Part shown: positions 56,912 through 64,000 of the stretch, piece after piece | Layout: every line of letters starts with the position of its first letter | Numbering within the stretch: position 1 is the stretch's first letter | Assembly (NCBI GenBank): GCA_045863235.1 | Contig: BTUM01000001.1 | Span: 160,001 to 224,000, forward strand | Source of the DNA: Candidatus Xenobia bacterium | Lineage (GTDB): Bacteria; Vulcanimicrobiota; Xenobia; Xenobiales; QWHO01 | Length of the DNA: 64,000 bases | Reading direction: 5' to 3' | The notes under the pieces: model-generated | Seen by the model: only the letters and a program-made list of their open reading frames with translations | Told to the model about the DNA's origin: nothing | Database searches by the model: none | Program-made: the position numbers and the translations under genes

Positions 56912-57178
56912 AGCCGCTTCCTCGGCCGGAAAGTAGGCCTGCGGGGGCACTTCCCGGTGGTAAGCCAGGAAGTCGCGCGTGAAGCCGTCCGGGTCTCGGT
57001 CGTAGAGCTCGCGGTAGCGGGCTTCGGCCCGCATGACCCGGTCGAAGCGGAGCTTGAGGATGATGGTGGCGGCAAGTCGCAAGCCCTGGGGGTCCAGGCC
57101 AAGATCGCTCAACTCGCGCTCGGGCTCGGCCGAGACCAGCGCCCGGGCCAGCCGCTCCTGCAGATCGGCCAGCCTCAC
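56867..57178 (-). CDS. Small helical protein, possible MNIO partner
   Basis: LADLQERLARAL...FLAYHREVPP; convergent with and overlapping DUF692. Confidence 0.55.
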   Translation of the reverse strand: MRLADLQERLARALVSAEPERELSDLGLDPQGLRLAATIILKLRFDRVMRAEARYRELYDRDPDGFTRDFLAYHREVPPQAYFPAEEAALWESFLRHRQADSL

Positions 57179-57630
57179 GAGCGGCGTTTGACCGCCACGC
57201 CGCCCAGCACTACGCGTTGCTCGTCTTCCTGCACCGCCCTGGTCGAGCCGGTTTCGAGCCCCGTGGCCACCCGCACCGCGTCCAGCTCGTTCTCGAGCGT
57301 CTCGCGGCGGGCCTCGCGTCGCTGGCTCAGGGAATCCGAGAGGGCCCTGGTCACCATGACCACCGGGATGGCCACCACCGGAGCGAGCAAGGCCGTCACG
57401 CCGCCGATCAGGAGCCAGGGGGACGGGTGGATGAGGTTTGCCCCCATCAACAGTGCGCCCACCCCCAGAGCCTTCAAGTAATGCTTCTGCACGACCGGCA
57501 GGACCTGGCTCAGGCCCGATTCGGCCCGGCCGGGACGGCGGGAGAGCTCGACTTCGTCGCGTAGCTCTTCAGCGCGCTCGACCGAGCGCGCGGGGGGAGT
57601 GACAGCACAGGCCAGTGGACGGATCTGCAT
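57175..57630 (-). CDS. Membrane protein with C-terminal VVLGGVAVKRR motif
   Basis: ATG at 57630, two TM helices. Confidence 0.65.
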   Translation of the reverse strand: MQIRPLACAVTPPARSVERAEELRDEVELSRRPGRAESGLSQVLPVVQKHYLKALGVGALLMGANLIHPSPWLLIGGVTALLAPVVAIPVVMVTRALSDSLSQRREARRETLENELDAVRVATGLETGSTRAVQEDEQRVVLGGVAVKRRS

Positions 57631-57665
57631 GCTTGAGAGGATAAACCCGAGAGCTGAAACAGACC

Positions 57666-57920
57666 TCAAGAACGCGGCGGAAGCCCCTTTTTCTTGCGCA
57701 GGGCATTGATCTCGTCCAGCAATTCAGCCCGCTGCTCCTTGAGCCTCTTGACACGGGCGTGCCGCTCTTCGATGACCGGCAGGACGGCCTCGAGCTCCTT
57801 CAGCTGGCTCTCGAGTTGAACGACTTGCTGGCGCGTCTGCTCAATCTCTTGCTCTACCCGGGGGCTGGCGCAGCCCGGGCCAAGTACGAGCAGCAGCAAC
57901 AGGAGAGTCGCTTCTCTCAT
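57666..57920 (-). CDS. Small coiled-coil lipoprotein
   Basis: Signal peptide ending GC. Confidence 0.65.
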   Translation of the reverse strand: MREATLLLLLLVLGPGCASPRVEQEIEQTRQQVVQLESQLKELEAVLPVIEERHARVKRLKEQRAELLDEINALRKKKGLPPRS

Positions 57921-58159
57921 TTGCCCGCCTTCAGGTCCTCGAGCTCTTGCTGGAGGATGACGAGCTCGCGCTCGAGCGCCTGCAACTCCTCGGTCAGGCG
58001 GGGCAGGTCCTGGATCTCTCGCTTGGACGCCTCGATGGTTTTCTCCAGGAAAGCGACCTGTTGCGTGAGCTGAGCCAGCTCCTTCTGCTGCTCGCTCGTC
58101 CCGGAGCAGCCGAAAGTCGTGACCGACAACAGGAGCAGAAAGGCAAGAATCCCCCGCAT
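57917..58159 (-). CDS. Small coiled-coil lipoprotein
   Basis: Signal peptide ending FGC. Confidence 0.65.
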   Translation of the reverse strand: MRGILAFLLLLSVTTFGCSGTSEQQKELAQLTQQVAFLEKTIEASKREIQDLPRLTEELQALERELVILQQELEDLKAGK

Positions 58160-58198
58160 GAGCCCGGGAGTTCGCCAGATCCGCGCCTCAGCCCTGGT

Positions 58199-59533
58199 TC
58201 AACGCGCCCGGGCCGAACCCGCCCCGAGCCGCTCCAGCAGCCCCGCCAGGGCCTCAGGCTCGCGAGGCTCGAGGTTGTAGCGCACCCGTACCGAGGGCCG
58301 CTCGAGCTTGAGCACCGCACCCAGGTCGATGGGCGTACCTACCACGACCACCTCGGCCGGCGAGGCCAGAATGGTCTGGCGCAGCTCCTCGCGCTGGGCC
58401 GGGCTGTAGCCCATGGCCGGCAGCACCTGGCCGAGATTGGGCCAGGCCTGGTAGACGGGCTTGAGCGATCCCACCGCATAGGGACGCGGATCGAGTATCT
58501 CGCTGGCACCGCCCGCTCGAGCTGCCAGCCAGCCCGCCCCGAAGGCCATCTCTCCGTGGGTCAGGGTGGGCCCATCCTCCACCACCAGCACGCGTTTGCC
58601 GCGCACCGCTTCGGGCTCGTCCAGGCGCGGGGGCGAGGCGGCCTCCACCACGGTGGCGGCCGGGTTCACCCGCGCGATGGCCTCCCGCACGCTGGCCAGC
58701 TGCTCCGGGGTGGCCGTGTCCACCTTGTTGACGATGACCGCGTGGCAGCGGCGCAGGTTGACCTCGCCCGGGTAGTAGCCGGTTTCGTGACCGGCCCGAA
58801 GCGGGTCGACCAGGGTGATGTGCAGGTCGCTCACCAGGAAGGGCAGGTCGTTGTTGCCGCCGTCCCACAAGATCACGTCCGCCTCGCGCTCGGCTGCCTC
58901 CAGGATGCGGGCGTAGTCCACCCCGGCGAAGACCAGGTGGCCCTCCTCCAGGTGGGGAGCGTATTCTTCACGCTCTTCCAGGGTGCAACCGTGGCGATCC
59001 AGGTCGGTCGCTTGCTCGAAACGCTGCACGGCCTGAGCGGCCAGGTCGCCGTAGGGCATCGGGTGGCGCAGGATGGCAACTTTCCTGCCGCGAGAGCGCA
59101 GGGCCGAGGCCAGATAGCGGGTGGTCTGGCTCTTGCCCACCCCGGTGCGCACCGCGCACACTGCCAGCACCGGCTTTGCTGAGCGCAGCATGGTGCGCTC
59201 GGGCCCGAGCAGGGTGAAGTCGGCCCCTGCCGCCAGGGCCCGACTGGCCCGCCCCATCACGTAGGGGTAGCTCACGTCCGAGTAGGCGAACACGACCTCC
59301 TCGACCTTGAGCCTGGCGATAACCGACTCCAACTCTTCCTCGGGGAAGATGTCGATGCCCTGAGGATAGAGCTTGCCGGCCAGCTCGGCCGGGTAGCGCC
59401 GGCCGGCGATGTCGGGGATCTGGGTGGCCGTGAAGGCCACCACCTCGAACTCGCTCTTGTCGCGGTAGGCGACGTTGAAGTTGTGGAAGTCGCGCCCTGC
59501 GGCGCCCATGATGAGAATGCGTCGATAAGCCAT
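58199..59533 (-). CDS. P-loop protein, cyclic 2,3-diphosphoglycerate synthetase-like/predicted GTPase
   Basis: MGAAGRDFHNFN, RTGVGKSQ, RHPMPYGDL, WDGGNND, EDGPTLTHG. Confidence 0.85.
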   Translation of the reverse strand: MAYRRILIMGAAGRDFHNFNVAYRDKSEFEVVAFTATQIPDIAGRRYPAELAGKLYPQGIDIFPEEELESVIARLKVEEVVFAYSDVSYPYVMGRASRALAAGADFTLLGPERTMLRSAKPVLAVCAVRTGVGKSQTTRYLASALRSRGRKVAILRHPMPYGDLAAQAVQRFEQATDLDRHGCTLEEREEYAPHLEEGHLVFAGVDYARILEAAEREADVILWDGGNNDLPFLVSDLHITLVDPLRAGHETGYYPGEVNLRRCHAVIVNKVDTATPEQLASVREAIARVNPAATVVEAASPPRLDEPEAVRGKRVLVVEDGPTLTHGEMAFGAGWLAARAGGASEILDPRPYAVGSLKPVYQAWPNLGQVLPAMGYSPAQREELRQTILASPAEVVVVGTPIDLGAVLKLERPSVRVRYNLEPREPEALAGLLERLGAGSARAR

Positions 59534-59576
59534 GCCCCTATTGTAACCCCGAGAACCGGAAAGCGGATGATCGAGA

Positions 59577-59936
59577 TCAGCGCCAGGGATTGTGCTTGGG
59601 GATCAGGTAGCCGCCCCAGAGCTCGGCGCTCGTCAGAGGGCCCTCCATCTCGCCGGCTTTCATGTCCAGGCGCGCATCCTGCAGCATGCCGGTCGAGCTA
59701 TGACCGCGCTGGGGCACGGACGCCTCGGAAGCCTCCTCGACCAGAGGGGGAAGCTGGCCCGAGCCTCGCTGCATCTCGAAGTTGATGTGGGCGAGCAGGA
59801 TGCGTGCCTGGAGGTCGCGGGTCAACTCCTCGTCCCCCCGGGGCTTGAAGCCATCTTGCTCGGACTCAGACGGGGAGCCGCTCGAGCGCAGGGGGGCGGA
59901 GAAGCCGGGCTGGCCGGGGGACAGGGGCGCGATCAT
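59577..59936 (-). CDS. Hypothetical protein
   Basis: 119 aa, plausible start. Confidence 0.5.
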   Translation of the reverse strand: MIAPLSPGQPGFSAPLRSSGSPSESEQDGFKPRGDEELTRDLQARILLAHINFEMQRGSGQLPPLVEEASEASVPQRGHSSTGMLQDARLDMKAGEMEGPLTSAELWGGYLIPKHNPWR

Positions 59937-59982
59937 AGACCTACTTTAGCAGAGATTTTTCAGCCGTCCAGGGCATGCTGTC

Positions 59983-61260
59983 ATGGCCATGCAAATCGGA
60001 CCCCACCTGCGCCTGCCCCCTACCGCCGCGATTTCGAGCGAGGAAGCTCGAATCGCCCTGTTCGGCAACAAAGACCGGGTCGAGCCCGACCGCTGCTGGG
60101 ACCTGGATACGCCCGAGCTGGGCATCAAGTGTATCGGTCGAGACGGCCTGTTGCCTTACGGACAGGGCACCCTGACGCGGGTCAACTTGAGCACCGGAGA
60201 GCGCGACTGGGAGCGCCAGACGCAAGAAGAGCCGGGCCTCGCTGTCACTGCCGACGGCGGGGTCACCGTGGTCGCCTTCCGCGACGGCGAGGTGAGGGGG
60301 ATCGGTCCCGACGGTCAGGACTGCTGGAACTTCCAGGTTTCCCAACCGGTGTTCAACATGGTGCCGGGAGGCGGCGAGGTCACCACCCTGACGCTGGAAA
60401 AGCAGCCCGACCACCAGGTCTTCCACGTCGCCCTGGCGCCGGGGACGGGCGAGGTGCTGTGGCGCCAGCCGGGAGCCAACTACGAGCTGCCCATTCCGGT
60501 CGGCAACGGCCTCAAGTTACTCAAAGCCAGCAACGACCTGCTCTGCGTCGATCCGGGCACGGGCCAGGTGCGCGACCGCCAGCGCTTTCGTGGTTACGGC
60601 CGCGACCTGATCGGCCAGGGCGACCAGGTCTGGTTCCTGGACGCCCAGGAGGTGCGCCAGGTGCGGGTGCAGGACGGCAAGCTGCAGGAGGGCTGGAGCC
60701 AGCCGGTGGAGGCGGCCCTGTGCACCCTCAAGGCCCCGCAAGACTTTTCGGTGCTTTACGTGAGCGCCAAAGACAAGATCCTCGGGCTCGACCCGGCCAC
60801 CGGTCGCGAGCTCTGGCAGCAGCCCGTGGAAGGCGAGCATCACCAGTATTCGGTTATGGTGACCGAGCAGGGCGACCTGGTGGTCAGCGGGCGGAGCAAG
60901 GTCACCTGCATCAGCCCCCGGGGCGAGCGGCGTTGGGATGCCTCCCACGAGGGCCTGACCAGCCTGAAGGTCACCCCGCGCGGCCTGATGGCCCTGACCG
61001 ATCCTGCATCCCCCGGCCCTTACCGGCTGGCCCAGCTGCACCCGGACACCGGCCAGGCCATCCTGTGGGCCGAGGTGCCCCGCGGCCGCAGCACCCCCTG
61101 GCTCGACCAGGAGGGGCGCGTGCTGGTCACCCACTCCAACCGGGCCGAGCTGCTGCAGCTGCCCGACCCCGCCACGGTCAGGACCACCGGCCAGGTGATG
61201 CTGGAGACCTCCGATTCGGTGCGGGTGGGCGGCGTGGTGGTGCGCAAGCGAGGCGAGTAG
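59983..61260 (+). CDS. PQQ-like beta-propeller repeat protein with C-terminal VRVGGVVVRKR motif
   Basis: Repeated xDPxTGxxxW blades. Confidence 0.8.
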   Translation: MAMQIGPHLRLPPTAAISSEEARIALFGNKDRVEPDRCWDLDTPELGIKCIGRDGLLPYGQGTLTRVNLSTGERDWERQTQEEPGLAVTADGGVTVVAFRDGEVRGIGPDGQDCWNFQVSQPVFNMVPGGGEVTTLTLEKQPDHQVFHVALAPGTGEVLWRQPGANYELPIPVGNGLKLLKASNDLLCVDPGTGQVRDRQRFRGYGRDLIGQGDQVWFLDAQEVRQVRVQDGKLQEGWSQPVEAALCTLKAPQDFSVLYVSAKDKILGLDPATGRELWQQPVEGEHHQYSVMVTEQGDLVVSGRSKVTCISPRGERRWDASHEGLTSLKVTPRGLMALTDPASPGPYRLAQLHPDTGQAILWAEVPRGRSTPWLDQEGRVLVTHSNRAELLQLPDPATVRTTGQVMLETSDSVRVGGVVVRKRGE

Positions 61261-61261
61261 C

Positions 61262-61708
61262 GTGGGCCCGCGAACCTGGCCCATCGACGCGCGGCTGGCC
61301 ATTGTCTCCCGGCCACGCCAGCGAGAGGACGTGGCGGAGATGGGGGTACGTACTCTGGTTTGCTTACTCACTCGGGAGGAGCGCGAGGAGCTTGGCCTTC
61401 TCTCGGAGCGGTCCTGGTGCGAGTCGGCCGGGATCGGCTATCTCGAGCTTCCGATTGCGGATCGTGGACTCCCCTCACGGCAGGCATTGCTGGAGCTGGC
61501 CGGACAGATCCTGGCTCGGGAAGCCCCGGTGGGGATCCACTGTCGGGCCGGCATCGGCCGCTCCGCCGTGGTGGCCGCGGCGGTGCTCATCCTGGAGGGG
61601 GTTGCGCCACGCCGGGCCCTGGAGCTGATCGAGCAGGCTCGCGGCTGCTCGGTGCCCGACACCGACGAGCAGCGAGACCTGGTGTTGAGCCTGCGTCCTC
61701 CCGGCTGA
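61262..61708 (+). CDS. Protein tyrosine/dual-specificity phosphatase
   Basis: HCRAGIGRS, PDTDEQ. Confidence 0.88.
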   Translation: MGPRTWPIDARLAIVSRPRQREDVAEMGVRTLVCLLTREEREELGLLSERSWCESAGIGYLELPIADRGLPSRQALLELAGQILAREAPVGIHCRAGIGRSAVVAAAVLILEGVAPRRALELIEQARGCSVPDTDEQRDLVLSLRPPG

Positions 61709-62199
61709 TGGAGGATCGACTTTTCGTCGAGCTTGAGCTCCCCCACCACGGCTGGATGCGTCTGACTCTGCGCCAGGGGAGCAACGAGTTCAGCGAGCAT
61801 GCCTCCTGCGTCGGGCAGGATTTCCCCTGCCAGCTGGTCGAGGCACTGATCCGCTTGCTTGCGCTTGGCCCGCCGCAAGTGGCCTGGATGTTTCTGGAGC
61901 CTGTCTGGCTCGGTCTTCATTTCCACTCGGAAGGCCTGACTGTCTGCACACACAGCGACCAGTGGCACCAGCCGCCCACGATCCCTGAAGCGGGCGAGCT
62001 ACTGTTTCAGGTTACCGGGTCTCCAGCCCGCGTAGCGCGGCGCTTTTACCTGGCTCTCACGCGTCTTGGGGCGAAAGCCCGAGAGCAGCCGCACACCTGG
62101 ATGCAGCACTGGGATACACCCTTCCCTGAAAAGAGGCTCGTTCAGCTTCACAGTAGCCTTCGCGGCCCTTTCAACGCCCCTGATAAGGCAGAGTCTTGA
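61708..62199 (+). CDS. Hypothetical protein
   Basis: TGATG-coupled start at 61708. Confidence 0.6.
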   Translation: MEDRLFVELELPHHGWMRLTLRQGSNEFSEHASCVGQDFPCQLVEALIRLLALGPPQVAWMFLEPVWLGLHFHSEGLTVCTHSDQWHQPPTIPEAGELLFQVTGSPARVARRFYLALTRLGAKAREQPHTWMQHWDTPFPEKRLVQLHSSLRGPFNAPDKAES

Positions 62200-63475
62200 C
62201 CTTCTCCCCCTCGGGCAGGGTGGCTTCCGGCAGAGCCACCAGCACGTCCCCCTCGCTCACCCCCTCCAGCACCTCCAACTCGGTCTCGCCGCGCATGCCC
62301 AGCTTCACCTTCTGCCAGCGCAAGACATCCCCCACCACTTTGAGCACCGCGTAGCTGCCATCGGCGTGCTGCAGCACCGTGTAGCGGGGCACGGTCAGGG
62401 CCTTCTCCTGGCGGGCGATCAAGAAGCGTGCCCGCAGCCGATAGCCCGCCCCCAGGTGGCCGGCCGGCTCGGTGAAGCGCAAGATGACGTTCACGCGCTG
62501 CTGCTCCACTCCCAGCGAAGAGAGCTTGGTGAATCCGGCCGGCTCGATGTGGTCCACCTTGCCGCGCAGGCTCTTTCCGGGCGCACTTTCCAGCTCGACC
62601 AGGGTACCGCTCTTGAGGCGCAGGGAGTCCTCGGTCAACACCTCCGAGACCGCCTCCAGGTCTTTGAGGTTGCCCAGCAAGAGCAGCTGGGTGCCGCCGC
62701 TCAGCTGGGCCGGGCCCTGCTCGTTGCGCTCGAGCACCACGCCGTCGATGGGCGAGACCACCTGCTGCTGGCCGCTCTCGTGGCGGGCTTTCTCCAGCTC
62801 GGCCCGGGCGCCGGCCACCTCGGCCGCCAGGGCGGGGGCATCCTGAGTCCGTCGCGAGAGGGTCTCTTCCTCCACTCGGATGGCCTGAGCGGCCGTGTCC
62901 AGCTCGCGCCGGGCCTGGGCCAGGCGGGCCTGGACCTGACGTACCGACTGCTCGGCCGTGCTCGCCTCCAGCCGGGTTCGCTCGGCGTCCTGGCTCGAGA
63001 TCCAGCCCTGCTCGAAGAGCTGCTGGTTGCGCCGGGCCTCGCGCCGGGCCTGCTCGGCCCGCGAGCGCAGCGAGGCCAGCTCGGCCTCGATACTGGCCAG
63101 CCCCTGGCGCTGAGAGGCCAGCCGGGCGCGGGCCTGCTCCAGGCTGGCCTGCTCCACCCCCACGTCCTGTCCGGCGGCCAGTCGCGCCTCGGCCTGGCGC
63201 AGGCGAGCCATCGCCTGCTCCACGTCGGCCTGTCCGGGAATGCGGTCGAAGCTCACCAGCACCTGTCCCCGTCGCACGCGGTCGCCGGGCTCGAGATCGA
63301 TGCGCCCGATGCGACCGCCGAGCGGCATGCGCACCGGATAGGTGCGACCCAGCCGAGTGCGGGCCTCTTCTGCAAACGACTCCACCAGCTCGCCGCGCCG
63401 CGGCGAGAGCACCTCCACCTCGCGGGGCGGGGCGCAGGCCACCAGGAGCAAGAGCAACCACACAAAGCGTCTCAT
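62171..63475 (-). CDS. Efflux periplasmic adaptor (HlyD/MacA-like) lipoprotein
   Basis: LVAC lipobox, GDRVRRGQ, SPIDGVVL, SSLGVEQQRV. Confidence 0.9.
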   Translation of the reverse strand: MRRFVWLLLLLVACAPPREVEVLSPRRGELVESFAEEARTRLGRTYPVRMPLGGRIGRIDLEPGDRVRRGQVLVSFDRIPGQADVEQAMARLRQAEARLAAGQDVGVEQASLEQARARLASQRQGLASIEAELASLRSRAEQARREARRNQQLFEQGWISSQDAERTRLEASTAEQSVRQVQARLAQARRELDTAAQAIRVEEETLSRRTQDAPALAAEVAGARAELEKARHESGQQQVVSPIDGVVLERNEQGPAQLSGGTQLLLLGNLKDLEAVSEVLTEDSLRLKSGTLVELESAPGKSLRGKVDHIEPAGFTKLSSLGVEQQRVNVILRFTEPAGHLGAGYRLRARFLIARQEKALTVPRYTVLQHADGSYAVLKVVGDVLRWQKVKLGMRGETELEVLEGVSEGDVLVALPEATLPEGEKVKTLPYQGR

Positions 63476-64000
63476 TCGCGCGTCTTGAAGACCTCCAGCC
63501 AGCGGGTTCGGGCCAGCACACCGTAGACCACCAGCATGGCCAGGCTGATGAACACCATCATGAGCAGGCCCGAGCGGATCAACACGTGGGGCTCGATCAG
63601 CTCGGGCAGGCGAAAGAGCTCGGTGGAGTAGAGGTTCACCACCGAGCGGGTGAAGACCACCCCGCCCCAGATGCCAAAAAGCACTCCGAGCGTGTTGATC
63701 AGGTAGCTCTCGCCGGCGAAGATCCCCATGATCTCGGTCTTGGTGTAGCCCAGCACGCGGAAGGTTCCGATCTCGCGCTCGCGCTCGGCCAACGAGACCA
63801 GGGCGGTGTTGAGCACGCCGCCGAAAGCCAGACCCCCGGTGAACAGCACCAGAATGCCGAAGAAGACGCCCAGGTTGCGACCGATGGTGTCCTGCAGGAG
63901 GGTCAGGGCGCGCACCCGGCGTTCGGCGCCCAGCACGTAGGGGCGCCGGTTCAGCTCCTGCAACAGGGAAGCGCCCGGGTCGCGGTGATAGGTGGAGAGC
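63472..64000 (-). CDS. ABC transporter permease (FtsX/MacB-like), partial
   Basis: EREREIGTFRVLGY motif and TM helices; 5' end outside window. Confidence 0.88.
   Translation of the reverse strand, partial: LSTYHRDPGASLLQELNRRPYVLGAERRVRALTLLQDTIGRNLGVFFGILVLFTGGLAFGGVLNTALVSLAEREREIGTFRVLGYTKTEIMGIFAGESYLINTLGVLFGIWGGVVFTRSVVNLYSTELFRLPELIEPHVLIRSGLLMMVFISLAMLVVYGVLARTRWLEVFKTRE

Noticed and set aside
59592..63526. ORFs 59592-61628, 62066-63526 and 62148-63521
   Set aside because: Arg/Gly/Pro-rich or antisense alternative frames overlapping recognisable genes
1..64000. Diversity-generating retroelement or retron
   Set aside because: No reverse transcriptase motifs and no adenine-specific repeat pair seen

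Overview
GC-rich bacterial window with three parts. (1) <1-47091: most of a temperate siphovirus-like prophage. Tail, head and packaging genes and a long early/replication region lie on the minus strand, followed by two divergent XRE switch pairs, hicAB, ImmA, accessory genes and a tyrosine integrase. The left end and lysis genes are outside the window. (2) 47015-55304: an ~8.2-kb capsid-less, satellite-like element integrated in tandem at the same tRNA-Phe site, flanked by 77-bp direct repeats. It has its own integrase, Xis, primase-DnaB fusion, an O-like initiator with iterons and a three-gene HEPN cassette. (3) 55305-64000: host genes, including a CPACGMA precursor/DUF692 RiPP-like locus. 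The strongest signal is a probable virion glycosylation system. A pyruvyltransferase and two glycosyltransferases sit directly behind the major capsid gene, and four unrelated structural proteins all end in the same C-terminal GSGS tag written with different codons. Family assignments come from motif recognition only; no searches were run.
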